From: the human T2T-CHM13v2.0 reference genome, Homo sapiens
Direction: 5' to 3' (one strand)
Length of the DNA: 64,000 nucleotides
Assembly (NCBI RefSeq): GCF_009914755.1
Contig: NC_060935.1
Shown: piece after piece, positions 40,499 through 52,108 of the stretch
Numbering within the stretch: the first letter of the stretch is position 1
How the letters are laid out: every line of letters starts with the position of its first letter
The notes under the pieces: generated by a model
Database searches by the model: none
What the model was told of the DNA's origin: nothing
Seen by the model: the letters and a program-made list of their open reading frames with translations, nothing else
Program-made: the position numbers and the translations under genes

Positions 40499-43304
40499 TG
40501 ATATGGTTTGGATCTGTGTCTCCACCCTAATCTCATGTTCAGCTGTAATTCCCAGTGTTGAAGATGGGGCCTGGTGGGAAGTGATTGGATCATAGGAGCA
40601 GAGTTATCATAAATAGCTTAATATCAGTCCCTTTTGGTACGTATAGTGGGTGAGTTCTCATGAGATATGGTTGTTTACTACCTCCCTGCGTCTTCTTCCT
40701 GCTCCAGCCATGTGAAGACACATGCTCCTGTTTTTCTCTCTGCCATGATTATAAGTTTCCTGAAACCTCCCTAGAAGCTGAGCAGATGTTGCCATGCTTC
40801 CTGTACAGCCTTTAGAACTGTGAGCCAATTAAACCTCTGTTCTTCACCATTTACCTAGTCTCAGGTATTTCCTTATAGCAAGATGAGAATGGACCAGTAC
40901 AGAAAATTGGTACCAAAAGTGGGGTACTGCTATAAAGATACATGAAAATGTGGAAGCAACTTTGGCATTGGATAACAGGCAGAAGTTGGAAGAGTGTGGA
41001 TGGCACAGAAGACAGGGAGATGAGGGAGAATTTGGAACTTCCTAGAGACTTGTGGAATGGTTGTGACCAAAATTCTGATAGTGATATGGACAATGAAGTC
41101 CAGGCTGAGGTGGTCTCAGATGGAAATGAATTTATTGGAAACTGGAGCAAAGGTCACTTTTGTTATACATTAGCAAAGAGGTTGACTGCACTGTGCCTCT
41201 ACCTTAGAGAATCTGTGGAAATTCGAACTTGATAATATTATTTAAGTTATGTGACAGAAGTTTCTAAGCAGCAAGGTGTTCAAGATGTGTCCTGGCTGCT
41301 TTTAACAACCTATGCTCATATGTGTGAGCAAAGAAATAACATAAAATCAGAACTTATATTTAAAAGGGAAGCAGAGCATAAAAGTTTGGAAAATTATCTG
41401 CTCAGCCATGTGGTAGAAAACAGAAGCTCATTTTCAAAGGAGCAATTCAAGCAGGCTGTAGAAATTTGCATAAATGAAGAGGAGCCGAGTTCTAATAGCC
41501 AAAATAAAGGGGAGAATGCCTCAAAGACATTTCAGAGACCCTTGTAGCAGCCCCTCACATCACAGGCCTGGTGGCCTAGGAGTACTGAATGATTTTGTGG
41601 GTGAGATTCAGGACCCTGCTGCCTTGAGCAGCTTCAGGACACTGTTCCTTGCATCCTGGCTGCTCCAGCACCAGCTGTGGCTCAAAGGGGCCCAAGAACA
41701 GCTAAGGCCACTGCTTCAGAGGGTGCAAGACATAAGCCTTGGAGGCTTCCACATGGTGATAAATCTGGGAGTGTGCAAAGGTCAAAAAGTTGAGGCTTGT
41801 GAGCCTCCACCTAGATTTCAGAGGATGTGTAGAAAAGCCTGAGTGTTCAGGCAGAAGCCTCCTGCAGGGGCAGAACCCTCATGAAGAACCTCTAATAGGG
41901 CAATGTGGAGGAAAAATATGAGGTTGGAACCCCCTCACAGAGTCTCCACTGGGGCACTGCCTAGCAGAGCTATGAGAAAAGGGCCACTGTCCTCCAGACC
42001 CCAGAATGGTAGATCCACTGACAGTTTGCACCATGCACCTAGAAAAGCTGCAAACACTCAATACAATCTCTTAAGAGCACCAGCAGGGGCTAAACTGTGC
42101 AAAGCAATAGGGGTGGAACTGCCCAAGGCCTTGGGAGCCCACCTCTTGCATCAGTGTGTCCCTGATATGAGACATGGGGTCAAAGGAGATTATTTTGGAG
42201 TGTTAAGGTGTGTATTTGTCCGTTTTAAACTGCTATGAAGAAATACCCGAGACTGGGTAATTTATAAAGAAAAAGAGATTTAATGGACTCGTAGATCCAC
42301 ATTGCTGGGGAGGCCTTACACTCATGGTGGAAGGTGAAGGAGGAGCAAAGTCACATCTGACATGGTGGCAGGCAAGAGAGCATGTGCAAGGGAAATGCCC
42401 TTTATAAAACCATCAGATCTTGTGAGACTTACTCACTATCATGAGAACAGCATGTGAAAAACCTACCCCCATGATTCAATTACATCCCAGTGTGTTCCTT
42501 CCATGACAGGCAGGGATTATGGGACCTACTATTCAAGAAGAAATTTGGGTGGGAAAACTGCCAAACCATATCAAGGTGTAATGACTGCCCTGCTGGGTTT
42601 TCTACTTGTGTGGGATCTTTAGCCCCTTTCTTTTGGTGCATTTCTCTCTTTTGGAATGGGAATTTGTACCCAATGCCTGTACCTCCATTATGTCTTAGAA
42701 GTAACTAACTTGTTTTTGATTTTACAGGCTCATAGGTTGAAGGGACTTGCCTTGTCTTGGATAAGACTTTGGACTTTGGACTTTTGAGTTAATGCTGGAA
42801 TGAGTTAAGACTTTGTAGGACTGTTGGGAAGTAATGATTGTATTTTGTGATGTGAGAAGAACATGAGATTTGGAAGGGGCCAGAGGTGGAAGGATATGGT
42901 TTGGATCTGTGTCACCACCCAAATATCATGTTAAATTATAATCACCAGCGTTGGAGGTGGGGTCTTGTGGGAGGTAATTCAATCATGGTGGCAGAGTTCT
43001 CATCAGCGATTTAGTACCATCCCCCTTGGTACTGTATAGTAAGTGAGTTCTCAAGAGGCTGGTTGTTTGAAAGTGTGTAGCACCTCCTACCCTGCTTCTC
43101 CCTGTCCTGGCCATGTGAAGATACTTGCTCCTGCTTTGTCTTCTGCCATGATTGTAAGTTTCTTGAGGTCTCCCTAGAAGCTGAGCAGATGCTGCCATGC
43201 TTCTTGTACAGCCTGAAGAACTTTGAGCCAATTAAACCTCTGTTCTTTATAAATTACCCAGTCTCAGGTATTTTTTTACAGCAGTGTGAGAACACGCCAA
43301 TACA
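40499..43304 (+). mobile_element. Full-length MaLR element (MSTA-like): LTR 40499-40901, internal region, LTR 42892-43304
   Basis: Two related LTRs TGATATGGTTTGGATCTGTGTC...TACA; internal starts GAAAATTGGTACC; 5-bp TSD ATGCC (40494-40498 and 43305-43309). Confidence 0.92.
42211..42573 (-). mobile_element. THE1 solo LTR nested antisense in the MSTA internal region
   Basis: TGTATT...CCAAACCATATCA, 363 bp, 5-bp TSD AGGTG (42206-42210 and 42574-42578). Confidence 0.92.
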
Positions 43305-43799
43305 ATGCCAATAACACATCCAATAATAAATGATATTTAATGCCACCATTAATAATTTTTTCTTCTTCCTTCCTTTGATACTCGATGTGATCAAGATTTG
43401 GGAGTTAATCATTTTACTCCTCTTTACTCATGTCCAAAGTGACATGAAACCTGTATCTAAGTGTGTTATCTCCATGGGAAGATACTAAATCTTTTATTTA
43501 TCATCTTATTTTTAATAAATCATAACATTACCTGTTATTAAATATTAATCTATTTCATTCTATGCAATAGCTTTCTGAAACTAAGTCAAAGAATGTACCA
43601 TACTTTATTCACTATTTGTCTATTATTGAATATCTATATTTGTTTGAGGAATAATAATCAGAACAGAAGGATATGAAAGACTATAGGAATGGAAGTTTCT
43701 CAACAGCAAGATAAAATAGGTTAATGGAGTAATATGTAGAGAATGATGACTATAATTAAAGAAAATGAATTAAGCAATATACAATTAAAGCTCTTTATG

Positions 43800-44435
43800 T
43801 CTTTTCACAGCTTGATAGACCTTTATTTATATCACTGAATAATATTCTATCCTATGGATGTTCCACAGTTTATCCATTCATCTTGGTTACTTTCAACTTT
43901 TGGCAATTATGAGTAAAGTTCCTATAAACCTTGGTTAGTTCATGTCTGTGTGTGGACATAAATTTTTGACTCATTTGGGTAAATACATCGGAGTGTGATT
44001 GTTGGGTCACATGAAAAGACTAGTTTTGTAAGAAACTGTAAACTGTCTTCCAATTTGGCTGCACTATTTCTCATCCCTACAAGCAATAAGTGAGAGTTAC
44101 TGTTGCTCCACTTCATTGCCAGTGTTTGGTGGATGTCAGTATTTTGGAATTTGGCCTTCTAATATGTGTGTAGTGGTTGGTATCTTCTTGTTTTAATGTG
44201 CAGTTTCTTAATGACATGTGTTATTGAGTATATTTTCATGTGCTTATTGCAATCTATATATCTTCTTTGGTAAAGTGTCTGTTCAGATCTTTTGCCCACT
44301 TTGCAATTGGATTGTTTGTTTTTTATTGTAGAATTTTAAAAGTTCTTTGTATAATATGTATACAAGTCCTTTATCAGATAATATGTTTTGCAAATATGTT
44401 CTCTGTGGCTTGTTTTTTTCATTCTCTTAACTTAC
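43800..44435 (-). mobile_element. Old L1 (L1M) fragment
   Basis: TCTTCTTTGGTAAAGTGTCTGTTCAGATCTTTTGCCCAC and related antisense ORF2 C-terminal sequence. Confidence 0.75.
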
Positions 44436-44966
44436 CATGAATTTTTATTTTATTTTATTTTGTTCTGGGTATTTTGTGGATACTCTCAATTTCAACTGCT
44501 GTGTTCTTTTGTTCAGAAAATTGTCTTGTATTGATCTCTAGTAAGTTCCTTCTACATGTTCTATTTTCACTCTCTCTTGAACTCCAGTTAAGATTTTGGA
44601 GTTCCTGACTTCACCCTATTTTTTCCTCCATGCCCCCCATATTTATTCCTTTGTCCTTTTTTTCTGCACTCTTAAATCTACTTCCTGTCCCCCTTATTGG
44701 CTACTTCATCTCTCATATTTTTGTTTTATTTACTATTTATCATGCCCTCTATTTTTTATACTATTCTGTTCAAATATCAAGGATCTAAAATGAGTGGTTA
44801 TTTAATTAAGAATATTTATTATGCACCTCTTTTATTATTAGCTTTTATTTTCTGCCCTGAATAAGCTGTGCTCCAAATAAGTTTTCTTTATTAAAATTGA
44901 TTCTAGGTATGTAATTTTTGTGTTGGTGGACTTAATTGCATTCCTGATAATCTTTGTCCGTCCTTC

Positions 44967-45769
44967 TGTGTCCAGAATTGGTGGGTTCTTGGTCTCGCTG
45001 ACTTAAAGAATGAAGCCGCGAACCCTCGTGGTGAGTGTTACAGTTCTTAAAGATGGTGTGTTCAAAGGATGGTGTGTCCAAAGTTTGTTACTTCAGATGT
45101 GTCCAGAGTTTCTTCCTTCTGGTGTGTTCACGGTCTTGCTGGCTCCAGGAGTGAAGCTGCAGACCCCCACGGGGAGTGTTACAGCTCTTAAAGGCGGAGC
45201 GTATGGAGTTGCTCATTCCTCCTGTCTTGGGTTGTTCATCCCCCATGCTGGGTTCGTGGTCTTGCTGGCTTCAGAAGTGAAGCCGCAGACCTTCGCAGTG
45301 AGTGTTACAGCTCATAAAGGCAGCGCGGATCCAAAGAGTGAGCAGCAGTAAGATTTATTGTGAAGAATAAAAGAACAAAGCTTCCACAGCATGGTAGGGA
45401 ACCCAAGTCCGTTGTCACAGCTGGCTCCGGCAGCCTGCTTTTATTTCCTTATCTGACCCCACCCACATCCTGCTGATTGGCCCATTTTACAGAGAGCTTA
45501 TTGGTCCGTTTTGACAGAGTGCTGATTGGTGCATTTACAAACCTTGAGCTAGACACAGAGTGCTGATTAGTGCATTTACAATCCTTTAGCTAGACACAAA
45601 AGTTCTCCAAGTCCCCACTAGATTAGCTAGACACAGAGCACTGATTGGTGCATTTACAAACCTTGAGCTAGACACAGGGTGCTGATTGGTGCCTTTACAA
45701 ACCTTGAGTTAGACACAGATTGCTGATTGGTGCATTTACAAACCTTTAGCTAGACATGAAAGTTCTCCA
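44967..45769 (-). mobile_element. ERV9 solo LTR (LTR12 family), 5' end truncated
   Basis: Ends AAGAACCCACCAATTCTGGACACA on the - strand; U5 repeats; ~41-bp U3 repeats with CCAAT; AATAAAA TATA-like box near 45445. Confidence 0.93.
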
Positions 45770-45890
45770 GTTCCATATTTCATGGTGAGGAACAAAGAAT
45801 ATAGTGGGGATCCCCACTATATTCTTTGTTCCTCACCATGAAATATGGAACTGGAGAACTTTCATGTCTAGCTAAAGGTTTGTAAATGCA
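45731..45890. repeat. Perfect 160-bp palindrome (80-bp arms, no spacer, centre GGATCC)
   Basis: 45811-45890 is the exact reverse complement of 45731-45810, checked base by base; pairing fails at 45730/45891. Confidence 0.99.
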
Positions 45891-45891
45891 A

Positions 45892-46359
45892 TTTATTGCG
45901 GCACTATTCACAATAGCAAAGACTTGGAACCAACCCAAATGTCCAACAATGATAGACTGGATTAAGAAAATGTGGCACATACACACCATGGAATACTATG
46001 CAGCCATAAAAAAGGATGAGTTCATGTCCTTTGTAGGGACACGGATGAAATTGGAAATCATCATTCTCAGTAAACTATCGCAAGGACGAAAAACCAAACA
46101 CCGCATGTTCTCACTCATAGGTGGGAATTGAACAATGAGAACACATGGACACAGGAAGGGGAACATCACACTCTGGGGACTGTTGTGGGTGGGGGGAGGG
46201 AGGAGGGATAGCATTAGGACATATACCTAATGCTAAATGATGAGTTAATGGGTGAAGCACACCAGCATGGCACATGTATACATATGTAACTAACCTGCAC
46301 ATTGTGCACATGTACCCTAAAACTTAAAGTATAATAATAATAAAATAAAATAATTTTAA
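45892..46359 (+). mobile_element. 5'-truncated young L1 (L1PA2-like), ~470 bp
   Basis: ORF2 C-terminus [28 protein letters not shown]; 3' UTR AACTAACCTGCACATTGTG..ACCCTAAAACTTAAAGTATAAT; A-rich tail. Confidence 0.95.
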
Positions 46360-47546
46360 AAAGAGTATAGTGGGGATTTCTATGAACACGGTACAATTAG
46401 TTATCTGGCCAGTTACTTTGAAGGCTGATCAGAAAGAAGCCTAGCTAATCCAGTAAGCGAATACTCAAATGCCAATATCTATTAGTCCTTTCTCTTGAGA
46501 CAGTTTATCATCATTCAATATGTATTCTTTTGCATAATCTCTGTTTCATATATTACACCTTAGTCCTGGCATCCTTTGCACTGAATTTCCCAGTGTCTGG
46601 ATCATCATTGATTTGGTTACTACAGACACTAATCATTTTGCCAGAACTAAAGAGAAATGAGTACCTGGCTATCTTTTAGGCAACCTTAAACAGGTATTCA
46701 CCTTTTCTACCATTTTTAGCCCTACCCCTCACGAATGCTTTATAAGTAATTTCTGTGTTTTTCCAGAAAATGCTCTTTGCAGATAACGTTTTTTCTCATT
46801 GGTATCCTTTTCTGTAGACATATAGATTTCAGATTATCCTGTTCTGTTTTTTAAAAAATCATATTTAAATGTATATACTTATCAATTTGTTCATACGTAT
46901 TGTGCTATTTTCTTCACAGTGTCTCTGTGTGTACATCTATAGCTTTAGTGGATTAGAGAAAGTAGCAGAAATGAACACATATTCAGTCTGCCAGGTTTAT
47001 ATGTAAATTGACACTTTCACTCATATTTCTTAAATTTATATTTTATTATTCAGTACAGAAAAATACATAAATAAAAGTACAGTTTGTTAAATTGACACAA
47101 AATTAGTAAAAGCTTTTAACAAACACTCAGACCAAGAAAGAGAACATTACCAGCATCTCAAAAGCTAAACACCGATTGATTCCTCAGTTCTGGCTGCAAC
47201 CTGAAAGCCTGCATTTTCTATGTGCCATTACATGGTGCCAAGACTGCAGGGGCAGAAACCACACTTTTACTGGAAAAGCTTTAGGACATCGACTCCTACT
47301 GCAGGTGTGTTCTTGGCTAGGTTGGCATTAATTTTTAAGTTTCTGCAAGAGACTTCTGGGAAAATGGACTATTTTTATTTCCTTCATCTGGAGGCTTCTA
47401 TTCACTACTCTAGCAATTACCTTCTGCAAGTAATGGTAACAAATATCCTAGGGAATGGAGACACAACCTCAAGTAGAACATCTCTTAAGTCTGTTTAACA
47501 ATACGATTTTGATAAGCCTAGGAAAATAGGGAGGTATAGTGTAGAG

Positions 47547-47828
47547 CAGTCCTGGCCACTTACCAGTACTGGTCCGTGGCCTGCTAGGAACCTGGTCTCA
47601 CAGCAGGGGGATGAGCAAGCATTACTGCCTGAGCTCCTCCTCCTGTCACATCGGCAGTGGCGGCATTAGATTCTCATAGAGGCGTGCAAGGGATCTAGGT
47701 TGCGGCTTCTTATGAGAATCTAATGCCTAATGCTCTGAGGTGGAACAGTTTCATCCTGAAACCATGCCCTCCTGCACCTTGTCTTCCACAAAAGCAGTCC
47801 CTGGTACCAAAAACATTGAAGACTGCTG
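47547..47828. mobile_element. MER1B-like hAT-Charlie MITE
   Basis: GGCATTAGATTCTCATA...TATGAGAATCTAATGCC internal inverted repeat; 8-bp TSD GTGTAGAG / GTGTACAG. Confidence 0.85.
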
Positions 47829-49286
47829 GTGTACAGTGAACATCTGCCTGTGGATTTATTATTAGCACATCATTTTTACTAAAAACACATTTCTAATCCT
47901 GAATCATGTCCTCTCACTTCTAAGAATCACTGATTTCTCCCACTGGACCTTAGCTTTTCGGTGTAAGAGTTAAATGAATAGCAATTGAATGGACTAGACT
48001 TTCTGATTTTCTGAATCTTACTTTTGTCACCTTGTTCTTGGCAATATTTTTGTTTTCTCCTTATTATAATAACCATGACTTCATTTAAGGCAGCAGTTAC
48101 AATGATATGACAGTCTACCTATTAAAAAAAAAAAAAGGCAAAAGAGAACTGTGTTTCCCTAACATCACTGTGGCTGTTTTCGTAACGTTTCTCAGTGACG
48201 CTGGATAGTAGCCTTGCAGGCCTTACAAAGGAATCTGGTAACTGCTTCTCACTGGCTCTGCAGGCTACCACATCAACAGTTTCAGCTGTTGTTGCCTAAT
48301 TCATGGAAAACAAGTTTCCTTAGAAGCTGGCTTTTTGAGATATATGGAAAAATGTCTCCACCTGGCTACTATGTAGCTTTTCAAAACAGACAGTGTTTTA
48401 AACACCTGTGATGTCTCCATCTGCTCTTCCTTTCAGGACCTGGGCTGATGTCTCTGAAATTGCCTTTTCTTCCTCAGGAGAGGTTTAGTTATTTTTTTAA
48501 GTAATTGCTTCCAGATAGAGGCCTTTGCAAAACAAACAATCTAAACTACTAATGTTCTAAACCTGTTTCTTTCTGTATAAAGCCCAGTAATCATATAAAG
48601 TTTACTTTCATTGGCTTTTTTTTTTTTTTTTTTTTTTACTGATTTTCCTCCCTTTGGCTGAATTGTAAAGATTCTGAAGTTCTTCATAAATCTTATCATC
48701 ATAGTACAATTATATAGCTCTAAAATAAGCAATGATTTCTGAGGATACTCTTAGGTATTTTTTATTAACTGTTTTGTCACGGCCATTATTTCAAACTATT
48801 TTGGTTCACATTCTATAGGTTGCCTAATCTGAAGCACAAACACTCATAGTATGAAGTCTTCAGATGAGCCTTCCTACTCTCCCTGTTAAACATAACTCTC
48901 AAACCAACAACTCAGTTGTGTCAGACATGTAATATTGTTCAAATAATAAATATAAATTCATTCTGATGCTTCCCTATGAGTGGCTGGTGGAAAACATATT
49001 GTCAGTTGTTGAAGAATTCTCTGCTTCCCCAGTGTTGTGTCAGCTCTCCGGCGTATGGGAGGGTGGATGCTTATTCACTTTCAAAGCATTAGAAGGAAGC
49101 TTCTTTGGCCATTGAGAAATCTATGAGACATTCACATGACCTCTACAGATTCAGCAGCTAACTTCTCTTTTCATTATAAAACTGGGGCATAGGAATCTTG
49201 TCAGATTGGCCACATTCCAGTCGGCCAGGAGGGACCATGCAGACATTTATTATCATTAGGGAACCTGGAGCAGTACTACCACCTGA

Positions 49287-49572
<286 letters not shown>

Positions 49573-50431
49573 AGCTACTATGATTATATAGTAAAAAATA
49601 TATATATTGACATTTTCCCCTCTAGAACCTACCTCACAGTTTTCACTTCTGATAGCTATACCAGAAGATGCACTAGATCCTCTTTGACATCAGGAAATTC
49701 ACTCCTTTATCCTTCAAATTAACCTTATACTGTAACCCAGAAGACCTAATTTATTGTTCTAGGAATAATTTTACACTTATCTTTCTAACCAGATACTTTA
49801 CTCTGTCCAGAAACAATTTCCTCACTTTGAGGCTTAAGCTATTAGAAACCAAAGCCTGTATTTTTGTTTCCCTCTGAGTCAAATAAGTAGACAGAGGCTA
49901 TGTTATTGAATGAAGTCCAAAGTGAAAGGAAAGGAAGGCATAATTACAGGAAGACAAATCTGGTTGTTTTAGTTGATATCTAAAAATAAAAATAAATATT
50001 TGCTTTTTGGTGTAAAATGACTCTTATGCATTAATTTGTCCAATTTTAACACTTACCTTCTTAGATACCTAATAGAATATAGGAAGATTAAAACAATTAT
50101 TTTCTTGTTATCCATGCATAGTTCTGTACCTGATTTCCTTCCTTTCTTTCCTTCTTTGGAAAGCTGCACTAGCTTACTTAGAAAAGAACCGCTTTATGTT
50201 CTTTTATCTTTTTTCTTTTAAACTCAGAATAAGTCGGTAGCGGACAGTCTCATCTGTTCAGAAGATCCCCCACTTAGATATAAAAGCAAAAGATCTAGAG
50301 CAAAATCTGCTTCCAGCCTTGTAGCAGTGGAGTCCACATATAAAATCTAAAAAATAAGGATTCTAATTTAAATTAGACATGGTAGAAGTTGAATCCAAAG
50401 TCATATTTCTTTGTGTCCTCTTTATGAACTG

Positions 50432-50658
50432 TAGCTTCCCTGTCCAATATAGTGGCTGCTGAACTGAACTGTCCAATACAAGGACATTAAACATTTAAAT
50501 ATAAATTAACTTAAAGTAACTGAAATTGTAAATGCAGTTGTTCAATTACACTACCATCATTTCAAGCGCACAGGAGCCATATATTCCACTTTAGCCATTT
50601 TATGGTATTTTATAGAACATCGCCATCAGTTTAGAAAAGTTCCCTTGGACAATTCTGG
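50432..50658. mobile_element. Degenerate hAT MITE, MER3-like
   Basis: CTGTCCAATA...TAGAACATCGCCATC..AGAAAAGTTCCCTTGGACA termini. Confidence 0.5.
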
Positions 50659-51087
50659 TCCATACAGATATCACAACATTCCTGTGAGTTGGCTATAGTC
50701 TCCATTTTGAAGGTTAATTAAGTAAACCTCAGAGAATGAAAGAAACTTCAAGTTTTCTACTTTGAAACTTGAAAACCTAGGTTTTTAATCCAGCTTTGTT
50801 TTACAGCAAAGGAAATGCTCAAAAGTACATTTCAGGCAAATAAACAATTTTTTCCTCTTTCTTAAATATGGTCAGACTGATAGAGTGACCTACATGTGTC
50901 CAGGCTGACACAATGGAACTTGTTTGTTGATTCTCTGACTATATTTAAATATTTTTTAAGGTCATTTGTCATGGACTCAGAGTAAATCTACAATTTTAAT
51001 AATTTTTTCTTTTTTATGGCACTGATTTTTGTTTATTATTGTTGCTGCTTTTCTTTCTTTTTTTTAGGCAATACATCTCAATATCTC

Positions 51088-52053
51088 TCAATATCTTTTC
51101 AGAGAAAAGAGTCTAAGCATTCTGGTATGAATCTGTTGGGTCTTGACACTGTAGATGATGGGATTCATTAAAGGTGGGAAAAGGATGTAGATGTTGCCAA
51201 TGAGAACGTGGGCCACGGGGGAAAGGTGCTTGCCAAAACGGTGCACCATTGTGAGGCTAATGATAGGGATGTAGAACACAAGGACAGCACAGATGTGGGA
51301 GATGCAGGTCTGAAATAATTTATGCCTCTCTTCCTGAGAGGCAACTGCCAGGACTGACTTAAGAATCAGGATGTAGGAGAAAAGGATGAGTATAGCATCC
51401 AACAACAGTATGCAAATAACCAGCATCAGGGCATAGTAACTATTGAATCGGATGTCTGAACAGGCTAAGCGGAGAAGATCCTGGTGCAGGCAGAAAGAGT
51501 GAGAAAGGATGTGGAAATGACAGTAATTAAAAAATTTCAGACAGATGATGGGGGGTGTAATAAAGAAAAAACTCCTACCTATTATAGTGAGCCCAATTTT
51601 GATAATTCTGGAATTAGTCAGGATGGAGGAATAACGTAGTGGATTGCAAATTGCAATGTACCGGTCAAAGGCCATAGTGAGGAGGACAGAGGACTCCATG
51701 AAGGACAGACCATGGATGAAATAGGACTGGGCAATGCAGGAATCCAAGCTGATCTCTCGAATGATCCACCACAGGATCCCCAGCACTGTGTACACAGTGG
51801 ACAGCCCCATGCACAGGTCAGTGAGGGCCAGCATGGACAGGAAGTAAAACATAGGCTGGTGCAGGCTTGGCTCAGTCCATATCACATGGAGAACCATGCA
51901 ATTGCCCAAAAGCACCATGGCATAGATTGAGGAGAAGGGGATGGAAAACCAGGGGTATTGCTGCTCCATGCCAGAAAATCCAGTGAGAAGAAAGGAAGAA
52001 TTCGTGCTGGTGCTAGGGCTTACTGAAGTAATCATTCTGGAACTGAGAAACAT
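51088..52053 (-). CDS. OR51V1: Class I olfactory receptor, family 51 (321 aa, intact)
   Basis: First ATG (MFLSSRMITS) at 52053; NSS glycosylation site, LHQPMFYFL, MAFDRYIAICNPLRY, HSFCLHQD, FQTCISH, PPLMNPIIY. Confidence 0.95.
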   Translation of the reverse strand: MFLSSRMITSVSPSTSTNSSFLLTGFSGMEQQYPWFSIPFSSIYAMVLLGNCMVLHVIWTEPSLHQPMFYFLSMLALTDLCMGLSTVYTVLGILWWIIREISLDSCIAQSYFIHGLSFMESSVLLTMAFDRYIAICNPLRYSSILTNSRIIKIGLTIIGRSFFFITPPIICLKFFNYCHFHILSHSFCLHQDLLRLACSDIRFNSYYALMLVICILLLDAILILFSYILILKSVLAVASQEERHKLFQTCISHICAVLVFYIPIISLTMVHRFGKHLSPVAHVLIGNIYILFPPLMNPIIYSVKTQQIHTRMLRLFSLKRY

Positions 52054-52091
52054 GTGAGAGTATTTTTTCAAAGGAAATGTTTCAATTTCAC

Positions 52092-52108
52092 CTGAATACA
52101 ATGAAATT
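52092..52108 (-). other. Candidate splice acceptor of the OR51V1 coding exon
   Basis: Minus strand ATTTCATTGTATTCAG|GTG, 38 nt upstream of the ATG. Confidence 0.5.

Noticed and set aside
40942-42238. Chain of ~100-aa ORFs
   Set aside because: Decayed MaLR internal ORF with multiple frame breaks
52054-52101. 16-aa N-terminal extension of OR51V1 in the ORF track
   Set aside because: Begins at TTG and crosses the likely splice acceptor at 52092; the first ATG is at 52053
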